Made by a program: the position numbers and the translations under genes
Shown here: piece after piece, positions 18,505 through 28,188 of the stretch
Layout: the number at the start of each line of letters is the position of its first letter
How positions within the stretch are numbered: the stretch's first letter is position 1
Notes under the pieces: generated by a model
What the model saw: only the letters and a program-made list of their open reading frames with translations
Databases searched by the model: none
Told to the model about the DNA's origin: nothing
Assembly (NCBI GenBank): GCA_964405335.1
Contig: CAYONP010000005.1
Location: 9,202-73,201, forward strand
Direction of reading: 5' to 3'
DNA: 64,000 nt
From: an uncultured Fimbriimonadaceae bacterium
GTDB taxonomy: Bacteria > Armatimonadota > UBA10988

Positions 18505-21500
18505 TCAGCGGACGACGAGAATCCGCGTCACACGGCTGACCGCGCCGTTGGGCGACAACACCTCGGCCTCGAGGCGATAAACACCGTGCGGCACCGGCCG
18601 GCCATGCGCGTCGCGGCCATCCCATTGGAGGCTGACGACCCGCCCGGCGGACAGGTTCCGCGCCACCGCGTCGACCGCCTGGCCGCCCAGACCGCGCACC
18701 GTCACGTTGACCAGGCCCGGCTCGCTCAGGTTCAGCCGGATGCGCGTCACGCCACCGCGGCCGGGAGCCGCCTCGAGGTTGGCAATCTCCGAGCGCGCCA
18801 GCCGACCGAGCCGCGCGACGAGCTCGAAGCGCCGCTCCTCGCCCGCCCGGCCGGGCGTGTAGACATAGCTGCTGCGGGTGTTCAGCAAGACCGTCGTCTG
18901 GCTCTGCAGGTCGCGCAGCTCGACGATCCAGCCGGGCGGCGCCTGGCGGCCGAACGACGGCCAGCTCAGCGTCACCGCCGCGCCGTCGCGGCTGGTCACG
19001 CTGGCCTGCCAGACCTCCTCGGCCGGACCGGCCGGCCGCAGTTCGCCGGCCAGGCGGGTCGGCCCATCGCGCAGGAACGACCACTCGACCGCCGGCGCCG
19101 CACCCGCTTCAGGCGGCGTCTCGATGGCCAGCGTCTCGGTCAGGCTGCTGCTCAGCCCGAACAGGTTGCCCGCGTCGACTCCGCTCTCGCTGCTCGCCGT
19201 CAAGCCGACCGTCCAGCTCCCCTCTTCCTGCCGCGCCCTCGACCGGCTGACGCCGCCGAGCGGCTCGGGCACGACCAGACTGACGCCGTCACGCAGCGCC
19301 TTGAGCCACAGCCCGGCCTGCGTCGGCAGGGCCGGCAGCAGCGACTCGAAGCCCGGTCGCGTGGTGTCGAAGATGAGCAGTGGAGTGAGTCGGCCGCGCG
19401 GATAGGTCCAGCCGTAGGGCAGCACCGTGCTGGTCCACAGCTCCTGGTCGGCCAGCGTGCCGACGCGCTGCTCATCGACCCGCACTTCGATCGCCTCCAG
19501 GTCCCAGACCAGCGCGTCGAAGAACGGGTTGGCCATCTGGTTCCAGCCCATCTGGAGCGGCAGCTCGTATGGACCCGGTCGTCGCAGGTCGCCGAGGAAG
19601 CGGATCCGTTGCGGTTCGGGTGAGAGCGCCCAGACGCCGTGGCCGGAAGGCAGGATCAGCCGGCCGGCGAGCGACTCGTACCGCTCGGTCTCGGGATTGA
19701 AGCGCAACACCTGCAACGGTCCGCGACCGGTCAGGAGCTGGATGCCCTGCTGGTTCAGGTCGATTGGCAGGCCGAAGAAGCTCGGCCCGGCCGGCAGGTT
19801 GAGGTCGGCAAAGGCGCGCACCTCGAGCGTGACCGGATCGAGCGGCACATCCTGCACCATCACCTGCAGCTCGTGCCGGCCTGGGTCGCGGCTGGTCACC
19901 CGGATGACGAACTGCCCGTCGCGATCGCTCGGCCCGCCGAGCGAGAGCACGTCGACCTGGCCGGCGCCGCTCCCACCCAGCACCCGCAGATCGGGCGGCG
20001 AGCCGATGATCGGTTGATCGAGCGCATTGCGCAGGGTCACCTGAATGGCCGCCTGCTCGGTCCCATCGCCGGCGATCTGCTCGGGCTGGAGGCCCACCTT
20101 GGAGCGCAGCGGGTCGATCACGCTCGACGGGGCAAAGGCCAGCCGGGGCCGGTCGTCGAGCAGTACATCGACCACCTTGACGCCGACCATGAAGGCGACC
20201 GGCTCACCCAGGCTCTCGATGAACGCCGTCGTCTTCCCGTCGGCGTCGGTCGGCTCGACCGGGTCGAAGATCCGCACCATCGGCGCCGCGTCGGGGTTGA
20301 CGAACACATCGACGAAGGTATGCGACAGGCCGGTGACCGGCGCATCGCGATCGTCGCGGACGAAGATGTTGAGCATGAACCGCTGCCCGACCTCGGCCGG
20401 CAGCACCAGCGGATCGACCACGATGCGCGAGTTGCTTGGGTCGATCACCGGCCCGTCGTCGGGCGGCTCGCGGAACTCGGCGGTGGGCTTCTGGGTCAGC
20501 GGCTGGCCGACGTTGCGCACCTCGACGGTGAAGGTGACCGGCTCATCGGAGCTGAGAAAACCGCGCGTGATGCCGGCCGAGTCGGTCACGGTGGTCGGCT
20601 GCTGCACCGTCACCACCCCCTGGCCCGGCGGCTGCGGGAGGATCTCGAAGTCACTTCCGGGCAGGCCGGGGATCGGGTTGCTGAACCGGTCGAGCGCGGT
20701 GATCCGGACGGTCGTCTGGCTCACCCCGTCGGCATCCTGCACCAGCGGGTTGACCACCACCAGGCTGCGGTCGCGATCGAGCGGGCCGGGTAGGATGTTG
20801 AACAGATTGCTGGTCGCTTCGAACGGCCCGACGCCGAACACCTGCGGCAGAGTCGCCTTCAGCGAGTAGCCGTCGCCGGACCGGCGGAGGAGGAGATTCG
20901 TGAAGCGCGCGGTGCCGCGGTTCAGGTCCGCGCTCAGGTCGCCGAACAGCGTGGCGCCGGTCGGATTGTCGGACAGGCCGACGATCAACGACTGGCCGCT
21001 GAGCGGGACCAGGCGGCCCGCGGCGTCGAACAGACTGACCGATGGCGCGGGGTCAAACGTATCGCCGGCGACGGTGTTGCCCTGCAGCGTGACGAACTGA
21101 AGCTGGGTCGGCGGGCCGGTGACCAGTGTGTTGCCGCCGAACTCCGAGGTACCGTCGGCGCCGATGGTCGCCGTGCTGGTCAGAAAGTCGCCCGGGTCGA
21201 GGCTGCCCCGCGGGACGGTGAACCGGAAGCGGTTGGTCGTGTCGGTGCCCTGGTTCAGACCGTTGAACGGGTTGGGGTAGCTGCCGGTGCCCGAGTCGCT
21301 GTCGTCGACCGAACCCTCGAGCTGCGTGCCGACGAAGCTGATGCCGCCGCCGAACCCGGTGCCCGGCGCCTCGTAGAGGCTGACCGCCGAGCCGGGCCGG
21401 GCGAACCCGGCGACGATCAAGTCGGTGCCGGCAACCACCGCGAAGTCGATCACCGGGAAGTTGAGCAGGTTGTTCGCCCCGGTGTCGGCGTCGCCGGGAT

Positions 21501-23748
21501 CGTTGCGCGTGGTGCCGTTCGGGTTCTGCGTCCCGCCGTCGAGGTTGATGTTCAGCAGGTTGTTGCCGCTAACCAGGTTGCGCAGGAAGACATTGCTCAC
21601 CCCGGCGTCGTTGGCGCCGTAGATGCCGCTACCGCTGTTGTTGCCGATCAAGTTGCCGCTGCCCGCGGCGGTCCCGCCGATCAGGTTCCGGTTCGCGCCA
21701 TTGCCGAGCAGAATGCCGTGCTGCCCGTTGCCGCGCGGGGTCTGCCGGTCGCCGGCCAGGCCGATCACGTTGCCGCTGATGGTGTTGCCGACGGCAACCG
21801 GCTCAAGCAGCCGGATGCCGTCGCGGCCGTTGCCCGAAATGCAGTTCCCGCGCACCTGGTTGCCGGCGGCGCCACCGGCGAGGTGTACGCCTTCGTCGGC
21901 GTTCGGCAGCACATTGTTGAAGGCGCCGTCGAGGCCGATCGAGTTGCCGGTGATCAGGTTGTCGTTGGCGCCGATCACCTCGACGCCGATCCGATTGCCG
22001 CTGATCACGTTGAACTGGCCCGCGCCGGTGCCGCCGATGGTGTTGTTGTTCGGCCCATTGAAGATGCGCACGCCGGCGAACTGGTTGCCCAGCGCGGCGG
22101 TGCCCCCGACGTTGGTGCCGATGAAGTTGCCCTGCAGCAGGTTGTTGTTCGAGTTATCGGTGATCGAGACGCCGAACCCGTCATTGCCGCCGATCACCGA
22201 GTTGAGCACGTTGACGTTTTGTGTGTTGAGCAGGTGTACGCCGTTCCCGAGGTTTGGGAAAGCGCTCGAGCCACCCGTGTTGGTCCCGATGAAGTTGCCG
22301 TCGAGACTTCCGCCGTCGTGGCCGTTGATCAGGATGCCGCTCGCCCGGTTGGCGCTGATGGTGCTGTTCGTGATGGTCAGACCCGAACCGCCTGCGGCGC
22401 CGACGCCCAGGCCGTCGTTCGGCAGCGGCGCGGTGCCGCCGGTGGCCATGCCGACCGTCGAGTCGGTGATCGACGGGTTGACCACGCTGTCGAAGAACAG
22501 ACCGTTCGAGTTGTTGCCGCTGACCGTCGAGTTTGAGATGGTGACGTTGCTGCTGTTCGCCACTCGGACCCCGTCGCCGCCGTTGGGCACGGCGCCGGTG
22601 CCGGCCAGGTTGGTGCCCAGCCGGCTGGTGTTGATGGTCAGGCTGAAGCCGTTGTCCATGAACACGCCGGTGCCGGTGTTGCCGCTGATGGTCGAGTTGG
22701 TGATGGTCACCTGACCCGAGTCCTGCAGCGCCACGCCCTCGCCGTTGTTCGGCAGCGCCGCGTCGGTGGTGCCGTTGGTGCCGATCCGGCTGTCGTTGAT
22801 CGCGATGGTCGAGGTGGAGCTGAACCTGACCCCGGGAGCGCTGTTGCCGCTGACAGTCGAGTTGGTGATGGTCACGTTGCCGGCGTTCTGGATCAGCAGC
22901 CCGCCGGTGTCGTTGGCGATGCCCGCCGTGCCAGCGGCGTTGGTGCCGAGCTTGCTGTTCTGGATGGTCAGGATCGACGAGCCGTCGCCTTCGATGCCGC
23001 GCCCACCGTTGCCGCTGATCACCGAGTTGGTGATGGTCGTGGTGAAGGTGTTCTGGATCCTAATCCCGCCGGCCGCGTTGCCCTCGTCGCTGGTCCCGGC
23101 GCGGTTGGTGCCGATCCGCGCGTTGATGATGTCGTTGCCGTTGCCGGCGTTGACGATCAGCGCTCCGAACTGACCGTTGCGCGAGAGCACCAGCCCCTCA
23201 TTGGCACCCGGCCCACCGAGGTTGTTGTTCGCCGCGCCATTGAACAGCATCACGCCGTTGATGGCGTTGGTCTCGACGATCACCGTCCCGCCCGGACCGG
23301 GCCGGACACCGCTGAACACGTTGATGATATCGTTGCCGTCGGAGCCGTTGATCACCAGCCCGTTGCCCTGGAAGTTGGCGATGGCAATACCGCTCACGAC
23401 GTTGTTGTCGGCGGCCAGGTGCAAGCCGTCGCCGGTCCCCGCCGCGGCGCCGTTGAGGATGATCAGCGGCTCACCCGAGAAGCCCGGCTGGCTCTGGCCG
23501 TCGATCGTCAGCGGGTCGTTGATCTGAGGTAGTGGCGAGAGCAGGTTGAAGAACTGCGTGCCGGTGCCGACGCTGAACGTGATCATGTCGGCGCCGGTGT
23601 TGGCGTTGGCGCTGATGATCGCCTCGCGCAACGACCCGCCGCCGGCGTCGTTGGTGTTGGTCACCACGAAGTTCGCTGCACCGGCGGGTAGAGCAGCCGC
23701 CAGCAGCAGCACGGCGCAGCGGCGAACGAGGCGGGTCCCATCCAACAT
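18505..23748 (-). CDS. giant secreted right-handed parallel beta-helix repeat protein with CSLREA-type N-terminus, Big-like middle region and FlgD-Ig-like C-terminal domain (1747 aa)
   Basis: Signal peptide MLDGTRLVRRCAVLLLAAALPAGAA, then VVTNTNDAGGGSLREAIISANA (CSLREA motif). There are more than 25 PbH1-like repeats (…ITNSTISGN…). C-terminus WDGRDAHGRPVPHGVYRLEAEV (FlgD Ig-like). An alternative start 15 codons upstream (23793) is possible. Confidence 0.75.
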   Translation of the reverse strand: MLDGTRLVRRCAVLLLAAALPAGAANFVVTNTNDAGGGSLREAIISANANTGADMITFSVGTGTQFFNLLSPLPQINDPLTIDGQSQPGFSGEPLIILNGAAAGTGDGLHLAADNNVVSGIAIANFQGNGLVINGSDGNDIINVFSGVRPGPGGTVIVETNAINGVMLFNGAANNNLGGPGANEGLVLSRNGQFGALIVNAGNGNDIINARIGTNRAGTSDEGNAAGGIRIQNTFTTTITNSVISGNGGRGIEGDGSSILTIQNSKLGTNAAGTAGIANDTGGLLIQNAGNVTITNSTVSGNSAPGVRFSSTSTIAINDSRIGTNGTTDAALPNNGEGVALQDSGQVTITNSTISGNTGTGVFMDNGFSLTINTSRLGTNLAGTGAVPNGGDGVRVANSSNVTISNSTVSGNNSNGLFFDSVVNPSITDSTVGMATGGTAPLPNDGLGVGAAGGSGLTITNSTISANRASGILINGHDGGSLDGNFIGTNTGGSSAFPNLGNGVHLLNTQNVNVLNSVIGGNDGFGVSITDNSNNNLLQGNFIGTNVGGTAALGNQFAGVRIFNGPNNNTIGGTGAGQFNVISGNRIGVEVIGANDNLITGNSIGLDGAFNNVLPNADEGVHLAGGAAGNQVRGNCISGNGRDGIRLLEPVAVGNTISGNVIGLAGDRQTPRGNGQHGILLGNGANRNLIGGTAAGSGNLIGNNSGSGIYGANDAGVSNVFLRNLVSGNNLLNINLDGGTQNPNGTTRNDPGDADTGANNLLNFPVIDFAVVAGTDLIVAGFARPGSAVSLYEAPGTGFGGGISFVGTQLEGSVDDSDSGTGSYPNPFNGLNQGTDTTNRFRFTVPRGSLDPGDFLTSTATIGADGTSEFGGNTLVTGPPTQLQFVTLQGNTVAGDTFDPAPSVSLFDAAGRLVPLSGQSLIVGLSDNPTGATLFGDLSADLNRGTARFTNLLLRRSGDGYSLKATLPQVFGVGPFEATSNLFNILPGPLDRDRSLVVVNPLVQDADGVSQTTVRITALDRFSNPIPGLPGSDFEILPQPPGQGVVTVQQPTTVTDSAGITRGFLSSDEPVTFTVEVRNVGQPLTQKPTAEFREPPDDGPVIDPSNSRIVVDPLVLPAEVGQRFMLNIFVRDDRDAPVTGLSHTFVDVFVNPDAAPMVRIFDPVEPTDADGKTTAFIESLGEPVAFMVGVKVVDVLLDDRPRLAFAPSSVIDPLRSKVGLQPEQIAGDGTEQAAIQVTLRNALDQPIIGSPPDLRVLGGSGAGQVDVLSLGGPSDRDGQFVIRVTSRDPGRHELQVMVQDVPLDPVTLEVRAFADLNLPAGPSFFGLPIDLNQQGIQLLTGRGPLQVLRFNPETERYESLAGRLILPSGHGVWALSPEPQRIRFLGDLRRPGPYELPLQMGWNQMANPFFDALVWDLEAIEVRVDEQRVGTLADQELWTSTVLPYGWTYPRGRLTPLLIFDTTRPGFESLLPALPTQAGLWLKALRDGVSLVVPEPLGGVSRSRARQEEGSWTVGLTASSESGVDAGNLFGLSSSLTETLAIETPPEAGAAPAVEWSFLRDGPTRLAGELRPAGPAEEVWQASVTSRDGAAVTLSWPSFGRQAPPGWIVELRDLQSQTTVLLNTRSSYVYTPGRAGEERRFELVARLGRLARSEIANLEAAPGRGGVTRIRLNLSEPGLVNVTVRGLGGQAVDAVARNLSAGRVVSLQWDGRDAHGRPVPHGVYRLEAEVLSPNGAVSRVTRILVVR

Positions 23749-23864
23749 GGCCTCTCCCCGGGGCGGCGCTCCCCTCGACGCCCGACGCGCCACCCATACA
23801 AGGAGTATAGCCCCAAGGGCGAAGCAACGGTAACGGCTGCACCCGTCGTGGGTCGGAGTCCCTC

Positions 23865-25202
23865 ATGGCTGTCGCCCTCGGAAGCCTGCTGCTCGCCGGC
23901 CTGCGGGCTGTGCCCGCCGCCGGACCGCTGGCCGTCTGCGCCGACAACCCGCGCTGGTTTGCCGGGCCCGACGGCCGGGCGCTCGTGCTAGTCGGCTCGC
24001 ACACCTGGAACAGCCTGCAGGACTGCGGCCCGAGCGACCCGCCGCCGGCGTTCGACTGGCCGCGTTACCTCAACTTCCTGGCCGGCGTTGAACACAACTT
24101 CGTCCGCCTCTGGCGCTGGGAACTGACCCGCTGGCAGGCGCACAACACCGGCGGGCAGATGCTCCATTGCAGCCCGCACCCGTGGCCGCGCACGGGGCCC
24201 GGCACCGCGCTCGACGGTAAGCCGAAGTTCGATCTCAGCCGGTTCGACCCGGCCTACTTCGACCGGCTCCGCGAGCGGGTCGAGTCGGCCGGCCGGCAGG
24301 GCATCTACGTCTCGGTGATGCTGTTCGAGGGTTGGGGCATGCAGTTCGTCACCGACGCCTGGCAGTATCACCCTTACCACCCCGAGAACAACGTCAACGG
24401 CCTGGGCGGTGAGGTGACCGATCCGCTGACCATCCACGAGCTGGTCGACCCGGCGGTGACCGCCAACCAGGAGGCCTATGTGCGGAAGGTGATCGAGACC
24501 GTCGGCGACCTCGACAACGTGCTGTACGAGATCTCGAACGAGAACCACCCCGCCTCGACCGAGTGGCAGTACCACCTGATCCGGCTGATCAAGCAGGTCG
24601 AGGCCGAGCGGCCGAAGCAGCACCCGGTGGGCATGACCTTTCAATACCGCGGCGGCAACAACCAGGCCCTGTTCGACAGCCCGGCCGACTGGATCTCGCC
24701 GAACCCCGACGGCGGCTATCGCGACAACCCGCCGGCCGCGAACGGCACCAAAGTGGTGCTCAACGACACCGACCACCTGTGGGGCATCGGCGGCAACGGC
24801 CCGTGGGTCTGGCGCTCGTTCCTGCGCGGGCTGAACCCCATCTTCATGGACGAGTACGACGGCAATGTGCTGGGCGAGCCGTTCCAGGCCAAGTGGGACC
24901 CGATCCGCCGCCAGATGGGCTATGCCCGCCGGCTCGCCGAGCGGCTCGACCTGGCTCGGATGATGCCGCGCCCGGAGCTCGCGTCGACCGGCTACTGCCT
25001 CGCCGGCGAGACCCAGATGCTGGTCTATCAGCCGGAGCCCGGCGCGCCCTTCACGGTCAAGCTGCCGCCGGGCGCGTGGCGCGGCGAGCTGATCGACGCG
25101 CGCTCCGGCGAGTCGCAGGGCGTGACGGAGATTGCCGCGGCCGGCGAGCACCGCCTCGAGCCGCCGGGCGAGACCGAGGTGGTGGTGCTGTTGTGGCGGT
25201 GA
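23865..25202 (+). CDS. secreted TIM-barrel glycoside hydrolase-like protein (GH5-clan / DUF4038-GH140-like)
   Basis: Signal peptide. YEISNENHP resembles the GH5-type NEP catalytic motif. The aromatic-rich barrel is typical of clan GH-A. Family assignment is tentative. Confidence 0.55.
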   Translation: MAVALGSLLLAGLRAVPAAGPLAVCADNPRWFAGPDGRALVLVGSHTWNSLQDCGPSDPPPAFDWPRYLNFLAGVEHNFVRLWRWELTRWQAHNTGGQMLHCSPHPWPRTGPGTALDGKPKFDLSRFDPAYFDRLRERVESAGRQGIYVSVMLFEGWGMQFVTDAWQYHPYHPENNVNGLGGEVTDPLTIHELVDPAVTANQEAYVRKVIETVGDLDNVLYEISNENHPASTEWQYHLIRLIKQVEAERPKQHPVGMTFQYRGGNNQALFDSPADWISPNPDGGYRDNPPAANGTKVVLNDTDHLWGIGGNGPWVWRSFLRGLNPIFMDEYDGNVLGEPFQAKWDPIRRQMGYARRLAERLDLARMMPRPELASTGYCLAGETQMLVYQPEPGAPFTVKLPPGAWRGELIDARSGESQGVTEIAAAGEHRLEPPGETEVVVLLWR

Positions 25203-25205
25203 GGG

Positions 25206-28187
25206 TCAACGCACGCGCACCACGATCACCTCATCGGGCCCCAGTCGGCCGACCAGTCGCCGGCCCTCCAGCCGGAGCGACGAGCCCGCGCCGGCGTAGA
25301 GCAAGCGCGACTCGCGCGCGCCCAGCTCGGCGTCGAGCTCGATGGTCGTCGTCCGGTCGCCGCCAGCGGCGTTGAAGACCGTCAGGTAGACCGCGCCCCG
25401 CGCGGGATCGCCGTAGCGCTCGAGCCACACCTCGTCGCGATCGCCGCGGGCCAGCGTGAGCGGCTCCCAGCCGGCGGCGGCGAGCTCGCGGATGACCGGG
25501 ATGACGCGCTCGAACAGCGGCCGGTCGCGCTGGTACAACGTGGCGTTGTGCCAGTACGGGTCGTCGGCGGCGTTGTGGCTGAAGAAGCTGGGAAAGACCG
25601 CGTAGAACAGGCAGCGCTCGAAGTAGCGCGTGACCCACTCGGGCCGGAAGCGTGAGTAATCGGTGTTGAGCAGCAGGCAGTAGGGCTTCTGCCGGCACAT
25701 CGCGCGGCGGAACAGCATGTCGGCGTCGCTGTTCGGCTGATACTCACCGCCCGGAGCCCAGTCGGTCTCGATCCCGAGGACATCGAACAGCGGCGCCGCC
25801 GCGGCGAAGCGGCCGAGCACCGCGTTGGCGAAGAAGAGCCTGTCGCGCCCGTGGAGATCGTCGGCCATGGCGCGGCAGAACTCCCAGGTGTGCTGGAACC
25901 CGTAGGCGCAGACCTGCTTGCCGGCGGTCGTGTAGAGCAGCGGCAGGTCCATGACGCGCCAGTGCTCGCGACGATGGTTCGGCGTCGTCGCGGCCATCTC
26001 GAACGAGTCGATGTAGACGCCGTCGAGCTGCGGCGCGACGCCCTCGAAACGCGTCTCGAACCCGGGGTTGGCGAGCAGGTTCTCGCCACCCTCCTCGCGC
26101 AGCTCGACCTGGTCGAACCAGACCGTGCCGCGGTGGCCGCCGCGCAGCAGCAGGTGGAGCGAGACGCTGCGCACCGGCTTGGTCGGCTCGACCCGCACCT
26201 CGACGCGCTGCCAATCGCGCGCAGCGGGATCGAACGGCGCGACTTGGCCATAGAGCGGCGTGCCGTCGACGTGGCTCAGGTCGAGGTAGAGCGAGAAGTC
26301 GTTGTCCGCCTCGCCGGTGACGCCCTCGGCGCGGCACCAGGCGCTGGCCACGATCGGCCGCGGCTCGGTCTGGTCGAGCACCACACTCTGCCGCGCGCCC
26401 GCGCCGGCCTCGGTCGTGCGGGTGCAGCGGATGGCGCCACTGCCCACGAGGCCGGCGGCCGGCTCGGCGACAAAGCCCGCCTCCCACGCCGCCCAGCCGC
26501 TCAGCACCGGCCGGTCGGCGCGGGCGAAAGCCGCGTCGACGATCGACTGGTTCTGATCGGCTTGGGTCCAGCCCGCGTCGCCACGGGGCAGCTTCGGATC
26601 GGGGTTGGCGATCCACAGCGCACCATCGGACCAGGGCGCGTCGACGAGATGCCCGACCAGCTCACCGGCAGCGGTGTGGAAGCCCGACGAGAGCGCCGCC
26701 CGGGCGTTTCGCCGGCGCGCATGGCCGTCGTCGGCAGCCTCGGCCGTGAGCTGCGCCAACGCCGCCGCGGCGGTGCGCGGCGTCTCGGGCGGCATCGACA
26801 TCCAGTAGCTCATCGGCTCGATGTAGACGAAGCTGTCGATGCCCTGCGCCTCGTCGAACGGCACGTTGTTGTCGCCCTCGTGGAACTGGAAGCCGAAGCT
26901 GGCGTGGTTCTGCACCGTGCTGATGTCGGTGAACGGCATCCAGATGCCCTCGCGCGTGACCCGCTTGACGAACAGCTCCGAGTGCAGGTCGTAGTACCGC
27001 TGTAGCGCGGCGCGGAAGCCCCATTCGGGCTCGAAGCGGTAGAGCAGCAGCGAGAAGCTCGCCTCGCCGGGGGTGCGGCTGTCCTGGCTCAGGCCGAGGT
27101 CGAGGCTGGCGAACAGCTCGGCCGTGTCGGCGTTGTAGCCGAGGCGCACATGCTGGGGCCGGTCGAGCCGATAGCCGATCGCCAGCCCACGCGTTGCCGA
27201 CCAGGCGGCGGCGCAGGGATAGCGGCTCATCGAGCCGGTCGCGCCGAGGCCGGTCTCGACCGGGTTCAGATACTCGCCCTCGGCAATCGGCCGGGTGGTG
27301 CGCGGATCGTCGCCCCACTGTCCGCCGCGCAGGTCGACCGCGATCGGCCAGGTGATCGTGATTGCCCGGTCGGCGCCGGTCGTGTCGCGGACGGTGCCCT
27401 CCAAGCGGACCAGACCGGCCTCCATGGTCAATGTCTGCCTCAGCTCGAGACCGAGTTCGGCGCAGGTGCCGTGGAGCAGGTCGGGCTCCGGCTCCTGGTC
27501 GCGCACGTAGTGCGGGACAAGGAAGTCGCTGCCGGCGGCCACGTCGCGGAGCTGCAGCCGGTAGGTCAGCCAGTCGATCTCCTCGGCCGGCGGCGCGAGC
27601 AGCTCGGCCGGCCGTTCGATCGCCACGCCGTCGAAGCTCACCGCGCCGGCCGGCAGGTCGAGCTGCTTGAGGCTGAAGTCGTCGAACCAGACCACGCCGC
27701 GGTGTCCGCGAAAGAGGCCGTAGAAGGTCAGCCGCGCAATCGGCTTGGACGGCACCAGGCTGACCTCACGGTACTCCCAGTCGTGCGTGCCGACACTGAA
27801 GTTGGCCGTCTGGCCCCACAGGTGCGTGCCGTCGGCATAGTCGATGTCGACGTAAAGGCTGTAGCCGCTGGTCGGACTGCCGTCGACGCCCTCGGCGCGG
27901 CTCCACCCGCCGGCGACCACCGGCAGCGGCCTGATCTGGTTCAGCTCGACCGTCTGTGCGGCGCCGCGCTGCTCGTGTTCGTCGGTCGAGGCACAGCGCG
28001 CGCCGCGACCGGTGCGCCCCTCGTCGACCAGCTCGTAGCCGAGCTCCCACGGCTGCCAGCCCTCGTCGCCGGCGGTGAACGAGCCGTTGCGGGCCAGCTC
28101 GCGGGCGTTCGCGTCGGCGCGGATCACTCGCTTGGCCACCGTCGACGCCGGCGCGGCCAAGAGCGCGGCCAGCAGGCAGGCGATCAT
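25206..28187 (-). CDS. large secreted protein with two CBM-like beta-sandwich modules each followed by a catalytic-like domain (993 aa)
   Basis: Signal peptide MIACLLAALLAAPAST with GGGAGGA RBS. Internal duplication: NGSFTAGDEGWQPWELGYEL… and NPGFETRFEGVAPQLDG… each precede a DFSLY(V/L)D(I/L) block. Confidence 0.6.
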   Translation of the reverse strand: MIACLLAALLAAPASTVAKRVIRADANARELARNGSFTAGDEGWQPWELGYELVDEGRTGRGARCASTDEHEQRGAAQTVELNQIRPLPVVAGGWSRAEGVDGSPTSGYSLYVDIDYADGTHLWGQTANFSVGTHDWEYREVSLVPSKPIARLTFYGLFRGHRGVVWFDDFSLKQLDLPAGAVSFDGVAIERPAELLAPPAEEIDWLTYRLQLRDVAAGSDFLVPHYVRDQEPEPDLLHGTCAELGLELRQTLTMEAGLVRLEGTVRDTTGADRAITITWPIAVDLRGGQWGDDPRTTRPIAEGEYLNPVETGLGATGSMSRYPCAAAWSATRGLAIGYRLDRPQHVRLGYNADTAELFASLDLGLSQDSRTPGEASFSLLLYRFEPEWGFRAALQRYYDLHSELFVKRVTREGIWMPFTDISTVQNHASFGFQFHEGDNNVPFDEAQGIDSFVYIEPMSYWMSMPPETPRTAAAALAQLTAEAADDGHARRRNARAALSSGFHTAAGELVGHLVDAPWSDGALWIANPDPKLPRGDAGWTQADQNQSIVDAAFARADRPVLSGWAAWEAGFVAEPAAGLVGSGAIRCTRTTEAGAGARQSVVLDQTEPRPIVASAWCRAEGVTGEADNDFSLYLDLSHVDGTPLYGQVAPFDPAARDWQRVEVRVEPTKPVRSVSLHLLLRGGHRGTVWFDQVELREEGGENLLANPGFETRFEGVAPQLDGVYIDSFEMAATTPNHRREHWRVMDLPLLYTTAGKQVCAYGFQHTWEFCRAMADDLHGRDRLFFANAVLGRFAAAAPLFDVLGIETDWAPGGEYQPNSDADMLFRRAMCRQKPYCLLLNTDYSRFRPEWVTRYFERCLFYAVFPSFFSHNAADDPYWHNATLYQRDRPLFERVIPVIRELAAAGWEPLTLARGDRDEVWLERYGDPARGAVYLTVFNAAGGDRTTTIELDAELGARESRLLYAGAGSSLRLEGRRLVGRLGPDEVIVVRVR

Positions 28188-28188
28188 G

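Noticed and set aside
14099-19084. N-terminal extensions of many table ORFs (e.g. first 204 aa of 14099..19084, 109 aa of 28189..30087, 107 aa of 36004..37299, 121 aa of 46888..48195, 79 aa of 48164..49768)
   Set aside because: The extensions are Arg/Gly/Ala-rich, overlap the upstream gene, and are immediately followed by an internal Met with a signal peptide or known N-terminal motif and a spaced GGAG-type RBS. I trimmed them to the internal start.
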